This document shows, one piece after another, positions 38,376 to 54,200 of a DNA stretch of 64,000 nucleotides. Under the pieces are notes generated by a model that saw nothing but the letters and a program-made list of their open reading frames with translations, was not told where the DNA came from and made no database searches. The translations under genes were made by a program, and so were the position numbers. This DNA comes from Octopus sinensis (lineage: Eukaryota). The stretch spans positions 17,112,001 to 17,176,000 of the forward strand of contig NC_043015.1 of the NCBI RefSeq assembly GCF_006345805.1, in the 5' to 3' direction. Each line of letters begins with the position of its first letter. Position 1 is the stretch's first letter.

Positions 38376-39729
38376 CATCCATCCATCCATCCATCCATAC
38401 ATCTATACATCCATCCATCTATACATACATACATACATACATACATATTTACATACATACATACATTCACACATGCCTACATACATACATAAATAGCTAG
38501 AGGCGGATAGGCATTTCCCACAAATAACTACTTCCGGGAAGGAGAATAAAGAGAATAAAGACTTACGGCTGGGAGAATCTGTGATTGATGTCATCAATAT
38601 TTTATTCTCAAATTGTCCTTGAACCCAAAATTTATAACAATATTCCATATCTTTTTTATGAAAGATGTGGAATATATGTATAAGTTAACACCTATAATAT
38701 TCTATTATTAACCGTCATATTCTATAATTAATACCATGTGGGGGGGAGGGAATATGACCAATAAGAAACTGTAGCTAAGAATCTTGCCAGGAGCATTCTT
38801 ACTTATCCATATTTTCTTTTTTTTTCTTTCTTTTCTTTTTTGTTTTTTTTGTTTTGTTTTGACAAGCCTCACTGAAATACTTTAAGAAATATCTATACAT
38901 GATGAACTCTTCTCAAACTTCTCTCCGTGCAACATACCATGGAATTTAAACAGTTTATGTCAATAGTTCTAGCTATAGGTATTAAATATGCCACTAAAAT
39001 ATCCTCAGATTGAGGCAGAAAGATATTTATGCGTCAGAAAAAAAATGACAAATCAATAGACACCATTAAGCTTTGGGAAACACAGCATTATTCCTTTGTC
39101 ACCACTGTTCCCGAGTTCGGTCTGATCCCGGCTGGCAAGACCTGCCAAGAGCCCAAGTTATGAATCAAATAGCAGAAGATGCTCTTATGCATAATGCTCA
39201 CAAAAACATGGACCAGTGGCCATTAGACATGCATCACTTAAGCCCGAAGTCGTGAGAGGACATGCTCTGATGTCGCCTAAGAGTTAAATAAGCCCGGCAC
39301 CTCAAGAATAAGCTTGTGTTAAATACCCAGCTGCATAAACAGAGACTAAAAGGCAATAGCTTGAGAGCCTAAGTGATGAATGGAAATTCCATCGCTATAT
39401 ATAGATAGAATTATAGATAGATAGATAGATAGGTAGATAGGTAGATAGATAGATATAATAAAACGAAATTTAAATGCCAAACCAATTGCTTAAATTATCA
39501 GCCCCAATTACAAATAGCACTTGATCTAATAATGTGAATTCTGACTGTTCTTGGTAAATCGCCAGAACTCAAAATCGGCCATTAATGATAGTGTGTGTGA
39601 TTTTCCTATTTTCTGAGAATATCTGGGCATGAGCTCTCATTGAGCTGGAGATTCCCTTATCGATTAAATCTTTCAGTATTTTTGACAGTCTGTCCGATAT
39701 ATGTGTGTGCGTGTGTGTGTGCGAGCGTT

Positions 39730-39937
39730 AATATCTTCATTTAATAATAATACTACTAATAATAATAATACTGATAATAAATAATAAATAATAAATAATA
39801 ATAATAATAATAATAAAAAATAAATAATAATAATAATATTAATAAATATTAATAATAATAATGATAAATAATAATAATAATAATGATAATAATAATAAAT
39901 AATAAATAATAACAATAATAATAATAAATAATAAATG

Positions 39938-39969
<32 letters not shown>

Positions 39970-42960
39970 TAAAATAATAATAATAAATAATAAATAATAA
40001 ATAATAAAAATAATGATAATATTAAATAATAATAATATTAATATTATATAAAACTAATAAATGATAATAATAATATATAATAAATAATAAACAATAATAA
40101 TAATAATATTAAATAATAAATAATAAATAATAATAATAAATAATAAATAGTAAATGATAATAATAATGATATTAAATAATAAATAATAAATAATAATACT
40201 AATAATAATAATGATAATAATAATAACAATAATGAATAAAAAAACAATAATAATAATAATAATGATAATAATAAAAAATAAATATTAAATAATAAATAAT
40301 AAATAATAAAAATAATAATAATAATAATAATAATATTAAATAATAAATAATAATAAAAATCATGATAAAAATAAAAATAACAATAAATATAAAAATAAAA
40401 ATAATGATAAAAAAATAATAAAAATTTTTTACAAATACTTAAAAAAAAATTAAAATTAAAATAATATTAAAAATAAAAATAACAAAAAATAAAAATAAAA
40501 ATAAAAATAATAATAAAAATAAAAATAATAAAAAAAATAAAAATAAAAATAATTAAAAAAAAAAAAATTATAAAAATAAACTTTTTTTTACCTTATGAGA
40601 AAAAAATAAAAAGAATAAAAAAATAATATAAATAAGAATAACAATAAAAAAATTTTTTTTTTAAATATTAAAAAAAGAAAAAAAAGAAAAAGAAAAAGAA
40701 AAAGGAATATGAAAATAAAAATAAAAATAATAGTAAAAATAAAAAAGAATTTAAAAAAATAATAATAGAAAAAAATGAAAAAAAAAAAAAAAATAAATAT
40801 ATAAAAACACAAAAAATAAAAAACGAAATAAATATAAAAATACATATAAAAATAAAAATAAAAATAAAAATAAAATAAAAATAAAATAAAATAAAAATTT
40901 AAAAAATAAGAATAAAAAATACACAAAAAATTTTTTTTAAATAGAAATAAATAAATAAAAGTAACAATGAAAAAAAATAAATAAAATAAAAAACGATGAA
41001 AAATAAAAATAAAAATAAAAATAAAAATAAGAATATAAATAAATATAAAAAATTAAAATAAAAATAAAAAAAATTTTTTTAATAAAAAAAAATTTTTTTA
41101 AATAAAAATAAAAATAAAAATAAATAAAATAAAAATAAGAATAAAAGTAAAAATAGAAATAAAAATAAAAGTAAAAATTAAAATAAAAAATAAAAATAAA
41201 TATGAAAATAAAAATAAAATTTTAAAAATAAAAAAATAAAAATAAAAATAAAAATAACAATAACAAAAAATAAAATAAAATAAAATAAAAATGAAAAAGA
41301 AATATGAAAATGAAACCAAAAAAGTAAAAATAAAACAAGAATTTTAAAAAATAGTAATAGATAACAAAAAATGAAAAAAAAATAATATAAAAATAAAGAT
41401 AAAAATAAAAATAAATATGAAAATAAAAATTTAAAAAAATAAAGAAAATTAAAAATAAAAATAAATAAAAGTAAGAATAAAAAATAAATGTAAAAAATAA
41501 AATAAAAGATGAAAAAAAAAAAAAAAGTAAATAAATAAACATAAAAATAAAAGTAAAAATTAAAATTAAAATTAAAATTAAAATAAAAAATAAAGATAAA
41601 AATGAAAATAAAAATTAAAATTAAAATAAAATTTAAAACAATTAAATGGCGGTGCCCCAGCATGGCCACAGCTCATGAGCTGAAACTAGAATCAAAATTT
41701 TTAAAAAATAAAATTAAAATAATTATAAAAAATAAAAATAAAAATAAAATAAAAATTAAAATAAAAATAAAAAAAGATAAAAATAAAAATGTTAATAAAA
41801 ATAAATAAAAAAATAAATAAATAAAAATAGGAATAAAAAATAAAAAATAAAAAATAGGAATAAAAAATAAAAGTTAAAAAAATTAAATTGAAGATGAAAA
41901 AAAATAAAAATAAAAATAAAAGTAAAAATCAAAATTAAAGTTAAAATTAAAATAAAAAATAAAAATGAAAAAAAATAAAAAGAAAAAAATAAGACAAAAT
42001 AATACTAAACAAAAATTTTTTTAAATAAAAATAAAATACAAATAAAAATAAAAATAAAAGTAAAAAAAAATTTTTTTTAATAAAAATAAAATAAATAAAA
42101 ATAAAAGTAAAAATAAAAATTAAAATATTAAAAATAAAAAAATGATAAAAAATAAAAAATAAAAATGAAAATAAAAATTAATAAAAATAAAAATCAGAAT
42201 TTAAAAAATAATTTCATTAAATAAAAAAAATAATAAAAATTAAAATTTTAATTTAAAGAAATAAATAAGATAAAAATAAAAATAAAATGAAGAATAAGAA
42301 TAAAAACAAAATAAGAATAAAAAATAAAATTAAAATAAAAATAAATATTAATATAAAAATAATATTAAAAATAAAAATGAAAATAAAAATAAAAAATAAA
42401 AATAAAAATAAAAATATAGATAAAATAATAATTTTAAAAAATAATTATATAAATTTAAAAAAATAAAAATAAAAATAAAAAGAATAAGAATAAGAATAAA
42501 ATAAAAAAAATAAAATAAATAAATTCAATAAGAATAAAAATAAAATTAAATATAAATATTAAAATTAAAATGAAAATAAAATTCAAAATAAAATAAAAAT
42601 TAAAATTAAAAATTAAATTAAAAATAAAGTAAAAAATAATAATAAAAATGAAAAAAAATTTCTTTTTAAATAAGAAAAATAATACTAAAAAAAATTATAG
42701 AAATAAAATTAAAAATAAAAACGAAAAATAAAAATAAAATAAAAACAAAAAAATAAAATAAAAATAAAAATAAATATAAATAAAAATATAAGTATAATAA
42801 TAATAAAATATAAAAATGAAATGAAAATAAAAATAAGTAGAAGTAAATAATAAATATTAATATAAAGATGTTAAAAATATTTAAGCTATGATAAGGTATA
42901 CAGACAAAAATAATGAATACAGACAATACAAAAATACAAAAATAATGAATACAGACAAAA
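39730..42960 (+). repeat. Strongly A-rich low-complexity tract, (AAT)n grading to (TAAAAA)n
   Basis: Near absence of C and G over 3.2 kb; mirrored T-rich copies at 58140-59430 and 60790-62200. Confidence 0.92.
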
Positions 42961-43119
42961 ATAATGAAAATAATATCAAATACTTTAAAGGCTTAGAAAG
43001 AATATTTCCTGCTTCAGCATTTTCACAAAAAAGAACGTAACGAAATACGTAAGGGAGATAACTCTAGAATATCTTTTTAAGTTACCTTTCTTAGATTTTA
43101 TACGTACGACAATTATTGT

Positions 43120-43700
43120 GTGTGTTTTTTTGTGGCACCAACACTTTTTTGTGGCTTGACAACCGATGCTGGTGTGTTTACGTATCCGTAACATTAGCGG
43201 TTCGGCAGAGGAGACCGATAGAATAAATACTAGGCTTAGAAAGAATAAGTCCTGGGGTAGATTTGCTTGAAAAAAGGCATTGCTCCAGCATGGGCACAGT
43301 GAAATGAATGAAACAATTTCGTAACTATAAAATCTAATGGACCTCCCTGACATTTTACATTTAATGTGTGTTTGTGTGTGTTTGTGTGATGCTGGTGTGT
43401 CTACGTCCCCGTAACTTAGCGGTTCGGCAAAGGAGTCCGATCGAATAAATACTAGGCTTAGAAAGAATAATTCCTAGGTCGATTTGCGTGAGAAAAGGTG
43501 TTGCCCAAGCTTTTTCACCAAACCAAACGAATCAAAATATGTAAGGGAGGTTACTCTAGAATATCTTTTCGAGTTACCTCCCGTCGATCGTATAGTTACG
43601 ACATTTACTGTTCGTGTGTGGGTGTGTGTTTCTGCCACCAACATTGCTTGACACCACGTTATCTAGTGGTTCGGCAAAGGAGACCGATAGAAGAGGGGTT
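43120..43700 (+). mobile_element. Three tandem partial SINE 3' halves
   Basis: GATGCTGGTGTG...GCGGTTCGGCA..GAGACCGATAGAATAAATACTAGGC repeated; matches 60170-60330. Confidence 0.7.
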
Positions 43701-43769
43701 GCTCAAACATTTTCATAAAACAAAATGTATGCAAGGATATCTCCTTGAGTTACCTCTCTTACATTTTAT

Positions 43770-45251
43770 ATTAAAGACATTTTTGATAAATATAAAAGGA
43801 GGTAACACATTAAAACAAAATGTGTCAAAATATTGGAAAGAGGCATAAACAATAAATTTGTTCCCTTTTTATGCTTATTTGCAATATTTTGATAAATTTT
43901 GTTTTATGAACATTTTGTGGTTTGAGTTATCTCTTTGCTAAATATGTTAACCGATTGATAATATTATGTATATTGGATATACATAATATATTAAATCGGT
44001 TAATCACTGAAATCTCAAAATTTATCAAGATATTGCAAATAAGCATAAAAATTGAACAAATTTGTTGTTTAGGACATGTAATATTTTGTTTACTGAAAAT
44101 TTTGAGATTTAATGACTTACATCATGTTGTTATCAATCATTTAACAAGAGATCTCAAATCACAAAATTTTCTTAAAACAAAATGTATGAAAATAATGCAA
44201 ATAAGCATAAAAGAACAACAAAGGCCTAAAGAACAACAAATTTGTTTACTTCTCATCGCTTACTTGCAATATTTTATTTTCTAAAAACTTTTGCAAAATG
44301 TGTCAAAATACTGCAAATAAGTCCTAAGCAACAACAAATTAAATCATATTTTATGCTTATTTGCAATATTTTCATACGTTTTGTTTTAAAAAAATTTTGT
44401 AATTTGAGTGATAACCAGATTATATTTATCCAATAGAACACTAAAATCGTAAAATTTTCACAAAACAAAATGTATCAAAATATTGCAAATAAGCATAAAA
44501 TGTCATTAAATTATCTAGTTGGTGCCCCAACATGGCCACATTCCAATGAACACCATTGAACAAGTAACAAAATCGCAAAAGTCAATGTTTCAAGTACTAC
44601 TCTATGAATTTTCTCTTTCCGTCTCATCGCCAATTCGTTTATGTACCTTAAAATATCACATTATATTAACTAGTATTAAATAGTAAATAGTGCCTTTCCA
44701 TTTTCTATGTAAACCCTGAATTTAATCATTTCATTTGCACTCTGTTGATTGTGAAATTCAGAAGAAATCAGATTAGTCTTCTAAAATGCTCCATATCATA
44801 CAAGATTCATACAGTATAAATGGGATATAAAGTGACATAATGTGTGTGTATGTCTACTTAAAAATTTATGAATTTTTCATTACTTTTAAGTTTGTCATTA
44901 AAATCAGTAGAAGTATGGGAGTAGGATTATAATATATTCATTTGTTTCCATGAAGATAATTTACTATTCATTTATTGTTGAATTTTTTCTAAAAATTTAA
45001 CTGATTGATGATAAGACTATATTTATCCAAGAGATCACTAAAATCTCAAACGTTTTCAGTAAACAAAATTTGTAAAAATCCACTTAACAATATCATTACT
45101 TAATGATCCAGACGAAAATAACATGTATTTTGTTGTTCTTTAGGACTTAATGGGAATATTTGTACATATTTTGTTTTCTAAAGACATTAATCACTTTATG
45201 TTTATTTCAATATTTTGATAAATTCTGTTTTGTGAAAATTTTGAGATTTGA

Positions 45252-45289
<38 letters not shown>

Positions 45290-45600
45290 CTTATTATTAA
45301 TCAAGTTTATATATTTTGCTAAGAGATAACAAATCACAAAATTTCCTTAAAACACAATGTATCAAAATAATGCAAATAAGCATAACATTAAAATAGTTTT
45401 TAAAAATTTGTGATTTTCTTTAAATAACTGTATCAAATTAATGCAAATAAGCATAAAAATTAAACAAATTTTGTCGGTCCTTAGGATTTTATTTGCAGTA
45501 TATTGCAAAAGTTTTTAGAAAATAAAATATTTCAAATGCAATTTTGTTTGTTTTCTTAAAATTTTTGTGATTCGAGTTATCCAAGTAATATTTATCCATT
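43770..45600. repeat. Degenerate array of the palindromic ~217-bp monomer
   Basis: Recurrent TTGCAAATAAGCATAAAA, GAGTGAT and AAACAAATTT modules in both orientations. Confidence 0.75.
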
Positions 45601-48245
45601 GTACAAAAGTGTGTTACACGGTTTCATCGTCCAACCCACATCTTGGACGTCGGTGTCACTGACATTCCGTGCCTGGATAACTTCTCGCGAACAGGTAATG
45701 CATTCCTATAGCACTGCCAGGTCAGGGATTTTGCTAATTATCCAAATACCCTGACCTGTAAGTCTTTTTCTTAGGTTGGAGAGTTGATCCTCATCGAACC
45801 CCAAAGCCCTTCCTAGGACGTCGTCATTTTTTCCCTCTACCAGCCCTTTATAGAATACTGAGGTGGTATTCCCACTGCCGGCCTTGCCCATCTTGTGGAT
45901 CAGCCAGAGTGCCTATCGGCACTCCTGCCATGAAGTCAGTTTACGTCCTTTAATGAGACCGGGTGTAAATCCCTCCAGCGAAATCCACACCTTATCATCC
46001 TCAAGGTGTCTCAGCCTCAACGCATGCTTGCGCATCATTAGCCAAGGCCCACTCATTAACCCACTCCATCTTTAGCGGTTCCTGGCAACACACGGAGCGT
46101 CTCACAAGTGGCTTTCCTCCTTTCCACAAAAGATGCCTTCAGGACGACTTCCGTACTATTGGCATCCACCTTGCTCGTTACCTCGCTCCAATTCTTCTCC
46201 ATCCGAGCATCCGAGCAATTTAACAGGGCCATCCGTCCAGTGTCCAACACTGGACGGTATCGGCTTCTTCCTCCAGGTGTCGAGGCGCTAACCGATGGAG
46301 TTGTCCCTGTTAACTTTTGCCCCTGCCACCGCTTCGTATCTGTGGAGAGCACCTGCTACCCGAGGTAGCTGTGTTCTGTTGGACACGATGAGGGTGACGT
46401 CATCCGCATAGGCAGAAACAGACTTACCGCATCCGAATTCATTAGGTTTGCCTCCCAACTTCTCCAGCTTCCGCCGCAATGGCTGAATAGCCAAAACATA
46501 CAGGAGCGGGGACAAGGGGCACCCTTGACGAACTGAACGGTTGATCGAAAACGGCTCCGTTAGGTAACCGTTTATCAGGACTGTGGAATTGATGCCGCTG
46601 TACATAGCTGAGATCCACCAGCAGAATCCAGGGCCCAGCCCAGCTGCTTCGAGTACCGCAACCAAGTACCGATGGTCTACCTTATCAAACGCTTTACTTT
46701 GGTCTAAATGGACCTTTGATTTATCTAGCAGAGAAGGTGAAGATTATCCTGGCTCGACCTGCCTAGGATTGCACATTAAGTAGAGTTATGGGCCTGTAAT
46801 TACTAATACCGTCCCCTTTGCTCTGGTCTTTCTGTTGCCAGTTTGCATAGACGCTTGCCAGCATGTCCCCGAACAAGTCCGGCATACAACAATAAAATTC
46901 ATAGGGTAGACCATCCAATCCCGGCGACTTTTCCATGGCGCACTCGGCCATAACCCCTCTTACCTCTGCGGGAGAGATCGATCCTTCACAGCACCGCCTC
47001 ACATGCCGAGAGCCGAGGCGCACCAGCTAGGAAGTCCTTTAAGGTCTCCCCACGCTCGAGCCGTGCGAAATGCTCGTGAGGGACCTACTGCATCTCCTCC
47101 TGTCCATAGATCTTGCGGTCCTGCTCGTCAGTTAAGGACATAATACAGGACTTCTCATTTTCCTGCACGTAACTTAGATCTGACTCTACACCCTCTGACT
47201 CTACACCCCTCGTGCCAACGCTCCGGATGCACAGCCAGATTCCATAGCCTCGTCTAAGTTCTTTACTAATTCGCCCTCTATTCTAGTCCTATCTAAACTT
47301 AGCTGCTTGCTAAATCTCATGGACTCCAAACGGATGGCTCTTTTGAGGGCGAGCCACCATCTATTATGTACTAATTCCTTAATCTGGGTACGGAAAGCTT
47401 CACAGGTTAAAATAGACTTGTTCATCTTCCAGTACCCGGGACTTTGTCTATGGTATTTATCTACATGTACCTCACACGTTACAAGTTTGTGATCCGTGAG
47501 AATTGTGGATAGCTAACACTATTCCTATCTCGTCAGTTAACGTACGATTTGCGTGAGCCGTCATTATAACTCCACCTCCAGTGTGGAACGTTCGGCTCAT
47601 CCAATCGAAAAAGGTCTACTAGATTAAATCTCGCTAGTAGAGCCTTGAGGCTAGGATTCCCCTTCATAGCGCTCGAGCCTACACCCGCGCATCGAGAATG
47701 GTGTTGAAATCCATAACCAAGACTACAGTTTTGGACGTCACTAGAAACTGCTCCAGTTCCCGAAATAAACCGGTCTATCTACGTCCATTAGGAGCGTAGA
47801 CAGCCACCAACCTGAAGTCACATCTAGGACAACCAGCCTACCTTCTGGGTCCAGAAAGACAGTAGTTACCTGTAAGTCCAACTTCTTCCTGTAAAGAACT
47901 GCCACGCCTGCACCTCCCTCCCGGCTATGAGAAATAAATTTCTCGTAAACATCGAGAAGTGGTGAGAACGCTTGAGGTCCTTTCATCTTGGACTCGGTAA
48001 CAATCGATTCTATGTGAATTGAGGTCGTCCCGAAAACAAGCCTGTTTCCATTATGATCCCATTCCACGCACATTTATACAACCTAACTTAATATACCGTT
48101 GGTATGTTTTGTAGGGGTCACTTTTGCTGTTATGCATCCTAAATATAAGGGTAGCAGTATTTAACTCAACGTTTGCGTCGAAATTTGCCTTGCTTCGGCC
48201 GTCTCAAAATGCGCCTCCACTGTAGCGCTTCCTGCATCTCGGTTG
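45600..48245 (-). mobile_element. Tx1/L1-clade LINE ORF2 remnant inserted in the satellite domain
   Basis: APE: GGAGVAVLYRKKLD...DPEGRLVVLDV. RT: KSPGLDGLPYEFY, NYRPITLLN, RQGCPLSPLLY and AYADDVT. Several deletions. Confidence 0.88.
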
Positions 48246-48289
48246 ACATGACTAACTTTCCTACATATTGTAACTAAACTTTTTCTTGT

Positions 48290-51200
48290 TTAGGACTTGG
48301 TTGCAGTATTTGGACATGCTTATTTGCAATATATGTTTTTGTGAAAATATTTTAGATTTTAGTGTTCACATATGTAATCTTAATATCAATCATTAACATA
48401 ATTAGCCAAGAGATCACTTGAATCACAAAATTTTCTTTAAAGAAAATATATCAAAATAATGCAAATAAGCATAAACACTAAAGAAATTTGTTGCTGTTTG
48501 AAGTTTGTAGGACTGATTTGCAAAAATTTTCAGAAAACAAAATGTGTTTTGAAAAGATTTTTTGATTTTGAGTGATTTCTTGGCTTAATATGTTAATGAT
48601 TTATAACAAAATCAAAATCTCAAAACAAAATGTATTAAAATATTGCAAATAAGCATAAAATGTGATTAAATTTGTTGTTTAGCCCTTATTTGCAGTATTT
48701 TGACGCATTTTCAAAATATTGCAAGAAAGCAGTAAAAAGTGAACAAATTTGTTGTTCTTTAGGACTTAATTGCAGTATTTATACGTTTTTTTTTCTAACA
48801 ATTTGAGTGATCTCTTTGATATATATAATTTTATTATCAACACATTTTGCCAAGAGATCAATCAAATCACTAAATTTAACAAAATTTTATTTTTATTTTT
48901 ATTTTCATTATTATTTTAATTCTTATTTGTATTTTTATTAATATTTTTATTATTTTTTTATTATCATTTTAATTTTTACTTTTATTCTTTTATAATTTCA
49001 ATTTTTATTATTATTTATTATTTATTAATATCATTATTATTATTGTTATTATCATTATTTATTATTTATTTTTTATTATTATTGAAAGATGTTGCAATTC
49101 TGCAGTAAAAATTTATTTATACAAAAGTTTTTAGAAAGTATATTTTAAAGCATTTAAAGTGAACAAATATGTTGTTGAGAAGACTAGATTCAAGAGATTT
49201 GTTTAATTCTCACTGCTTACTTGCAATGTTTCCATTTGTAAAATTTGTTGATATGTGTAATATATTATTAGTTAACATATTTAGCTGTGATAACAATTCT
49301 CTTTAAACAAAATTTATCATAATTTATCAGAAAATATTTAATTCAAATATTTATACATATTTTTTTCTTTAAAAGTTCTCTACACATTTTAAAAATATTT
49401 CAAAATATTGCAAGTATGCATTAACAAGTTAAGAAAATTGTTAACTGTTTTGTTTACTTCTCAATGCTTCTCAATGCAAATTATGAAAATATTTAAATGC
49501 AATATTTATACGTATTTTGTTCTCTGAAAGTTTGTGTGATTTCAGTGATCTCCTGGTTACATGACTGTAGTAATAAGACGGTATTTATCCATGTGATCAC
49601 TCCAATTACCAAATTTCATAAGTCCGAAACATGAAATTAGCAATAATTTGAAACTTTGTTTTAAGAAAATTTTGTGATTTAAGTGATCTCTTGGCTACAT
49701 ATGTAAATTATAAACATCCGACAAAACACTAAAATCCAAGAATTTTCAAAAACAAAATTTATCAAATTGCAAATAAGCATAAAATGGTATTATACTTTTT
49801 GTTCTTAAGGTCTTAGCTGCAGTATTTGGACACATTTTGCAAAAGTTTTTAGAAAGAATGATATTTTAAAACATTTGAATTGAACAAATATGTTGTTCTT
49901 TAGTTTGTTTTCTGAAAACTTTTGTGATTTGAGTGATCTCCTGGCTAAACTCTTAAAATATTTTAAAATATTGAGAACCGAAGAAATTTGTTTAGGACAT
50001 ATTGTTCACTTTTTACTGCTGAATTGCAATATCTTTCAATATTTTATCTAAGCAGTGTGCAGTGAAAAATTTGTTTTCGAATTAACTGCAATTTGTGGAC
50101 GTATTTTGATCTGAGTGATATGGTTAAATTTGTTAACTGATATATGTTCATTATATATGTTCATATGAAGAAAAAATTCATTCCCTTTTTACTGCTTAAA
50201 TGCAATATTTTTGAAATATTTTATCTAGACACTTTAAAGTATTTCAAAATATTGCAAGTAAGCAAAGAGAAGTAAAGAAAATTGATTAGGACGTATTTTT
50301 AAGATATATATTTTCTTTAGAACAAATTTGTTCACATATATTTTATATGAGAAGTGTAAAATTTGTTTAGGACTTTACTGCAATATGTGGACATATTTTG
50401 ATCTGAGTGATCTGATTCAATTTGTTAAATGAGACTAGATTCAAGAGATTTGTTTAACTTTCATTGCTTACTAGCAATATTTTCTTTTGTAAAATTTATT
50501 GCAACATGTGTCAAGATACAGCAAATAAGTTCTAAACAACAAATTTAATCACATTTTATGCTTATTAGTAATATTTTGATACGTTTTGTTTGTGAAAATT
50601 TTTAGTTATACAGAATATGTTATCAGTTAACATAAGAGATAATTTATATAACAAATTTTCTTAAAACAAAATTTAACACAAGAATGCAAATAAGAATTAA
50701 AATATTTAAATGCAATATTTATACATATTTTGTTCTCTGATAATTTGTGTGATATGCTGGTTAAATGACTGAATAAGACGATATTTATCCATGTGATCAC
50801 TCCAATTACAAAATTTCACGTCGGAAACAAGAAATTTGTTCAATTTTTATGCATTAATTTGCTTTACCTTGCATTATTTTAAAATATTTTATTTTCTAAA
50901 AACTTTTGCAAAATACAACTGAGTCCTAAACAACAAAAAGTCGTCGCATTTTATGCTTATTTGCAATACTTTGATAAATTTTGTTTTGTGAAAATTCTGG
51001 GATTTTTAGTGTTCTGCTGGATGTATGTAATCTCATTACTAATTTACATATGTTGCCAAGGTCACTAATATCACATATCAATTTAATGCAAAAAAGCATA
51101 AAAATTGAACAAACTTCTTGTTTCGGACTATGTATAAATATTGCAATTAAGTCCTAGCAAATTTAACCAGATCACTCAAATAGAAATATTATTTTATGCT

Positions 51201-54200
51201 TATTTGATAAATTTTGTTTTGTGAAAAATCTATGATTTTAGTGTTCTGTTGGATTTTGTTAATAATTGACGCTTTGGATCTTGTTAATAATTTACATTTT
51301 GGGTTTGGAGTGATGACATGGATAAATATCGTCAGTTAACCAGATCATTCAAATCACAAAAAATTTCACCAGATCACTTTGATCAAAATATGTCCTAAGC
51401 AAATTTTTCACTTCTCACTGCTTAGATAAAATATTTCAGTATATTGCAATTAAGCAGTCAACACATCTATTGTTCTAAAGAACACATTTTGTTTTAAGAA
51501 AATTTTAATCTCTTGGCTACATATGTAAATTATTAACATCCAACAGAACACTAAAATCCCAGATTATTCAAAAACAAAATTTATGAAATTGGAAATAAGC
51601 ATAGTTGCAGTATTTGGACGTATTTGGAAGTTTTCAGAAAGTATAATATTTTAAAGCAGTATTTTCACACAATTATACAAAAGAAAATATTGTAAGCAGT
51701 GAGAAGTAAACAAATTTCTTGAATCTAATTTTATCATCAATCAGTTCACAAATTTAACCATATCACTCAGATCAAAATGTGTCCACAAATGGAAGTTAAA
51801 TCGTAAACAAATTTTTCACTTCTCACTGCTTAGATAAAATATTTAAAGATATTGCAATTAAGCAGTAAAAAGTGAACAAACTTGTTCTGAAGAACAAAAT
51901 ATGTCCTAAACAAATTTCTTCAGTTCTCACTGCTTACTTGCAATATATTTTAATATTTTAAGTGTTTAGATAACATGTTTAGCCAGGAGATCACTGAAAT
52001 CACAAAGGTTTTCAGAAAACAAACTAAACACTTATGTAAACACTTTTGAAATACTTCAAAGTAAGCAGTGAGAAGTGAACAAATTTGTTTAGGACTTAAC
52101 TGTTGACATGATTTGATCTGAGTGATCTGGTTAAATTTGTTAACTGATTGATTGTAAGAATAGATTCAAGAGATTTGTTTATTTGTTACTGCTTAATTGC
52201 AATATTTTCTTTTCTAAAATAATGTGTCAAAATGTGTCAAAATACTGCAAATAAGTTCTAAACACCAACAAATTTAATCTCATTTTACGCTTCTCAGTAA
52301 TATTTTGATGCATTTTGTTTGTGAATATTTTGAGATATATATAACATATATATATTTTTGTTAACATATTTAGCTAAGAAATAACTTTTATCACAAATTT
52401 TCTTTAAACAAAATTTATCAGAATAATGCAAATAAGAATAAAAATATTTAAAATCCCAGAATTTTCATAAAGCAAAATTTATGAAATTGCAAATAAGTAT
52501 AAAATGTGACTAATCTTTTTGTTCTAGTATTTGGACACATTTTGCAAAAGTTAGAAAATAAAATATTTTAAAATATTCGAAGCGAACAAATATGTTGTTC
52601 TTTAGTTTTTTTTCTGAACACTTTTGTGATCTCATGTTATCAAAACACTTAAAATATTTCAAAATATTGTAAGTAAAGCAGTGAGAAGTGAACAAATTTG
52701 TTTAGGTCTTAAATGTTGACATAATTTGATCCGAGTGATCTGGTTAAATTTTGTAACTGATTTATTTATTTCTAATTATTTGCAATAAAATTTTTCTTTA
52801 ATATATTGCAAAATGTGTTAAAATACTGCAAATAATATCTAAACACCAAGAAATTCAATCACATTTTATGTTTTCTTGTAATATTTCAAGATATTAACAG
52901 TTAACATAACTGACATATTTTAACAAAATTTATCAGAATAATGCAAATACGAATATAAATATTTAATTGAAATATTTATACATATTTTTTTCTTTAAAAG
53001 TTCTTGTCATTTGAGTGATCTCCTGGTTAACTGATTGTAATAATAAGACTATATACATCTGTGGCCACTCCAATTACAAAACTTCATGTCCGAAACAAGA
53101 AATTTGTTCAAATTTAATGCTTTTTTTGATACATTTCGTGATTTAAGTGATTTCTTGACACATTTTGCAAAAGTTTTTAGAAGATAAAATATTTTAAAAT
53201 AATGCAAATTAATGCATAAAATGCATAAAAATTGAACAAATTTCTTGTTTCCGACATGAAATTTTGTAATTGATGTGATCACATGGATAAATATCGTTTT
53301 ATTACTTCAGTCATTTAACCTGCATATCACACAAATTTTCAGAAAACAAAATATGTATAAATATTGCATTTAAATATTTTAATTCTTATTTGCATTCTTG
53401 TGTTAAATTTTCTTTTATGAAAATTTGTTATATAAGTCATCTCTTATGTTAACTGATAATATATTCTGTATATCTAAAAATTTTCACAAACAAAACATAT
53501 CTAAATATTACTAATAAGCATAAAATGTGATTAAATTTGTTGTTTAGAACTTATTTGAAGTATTTTGAGACATGTTGCAATAAATTTTACAAAAGAAAAT
53601 ATTGCTAGCAAGCAATGAAAGTTAAACAAATCTCTTGAATCTAGTCTTATAACCAATCAGTTAACAAATTGAATCAGATCACTCAGATCAAAATATGTCC
53701 ACATATTGCAGTAAAGTCCTAAACAAATTTTACACTTCTCATTGCTGAGATAACATATTAAAGTGAACAAATTTGTTGTTCTAAAGAAAATATATATCTT
53801 AAAAATATGTCCTAATCAATTTTCTTAACTTCTCTTTGCTTACTTGCAATATTTTGAAATATTTTAAAGTGTTTAGATAAAATATTTAAAAATATTGCAT
53901 TGAAGCAGTAAAAAGGGAATGAATTTTTTATTCTTATGAACACATATAATGAAATATATCAGTTAACAAATTTAACCATATCACTCAGATCAAAATACGT
54001 CCACAAATTGCAGTTAATTCGTAAACAAATTTTTCACTTCTCACTGCTTAGACAAAATATTGAAAGATATTGCATTTCAGCAGTAAAAAGTGAACAATAT
54101 GTCCTAAACAAATTTCTTCGGTTCTCAATATTTTTAAATATTTTAAGAGTTTAGATAACATGTTTAGCCAGGAGATCACAAAAGTTTTCAGAAAACAAAC

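Noticed and set aside
39673-42926. Hydrophobic F/I/L/Y-rich ORFs resembling membrane proteins (also 58501-61831)
   Set aside because: They arise from A/T low-complexity tracts and have no protein-like complexity.
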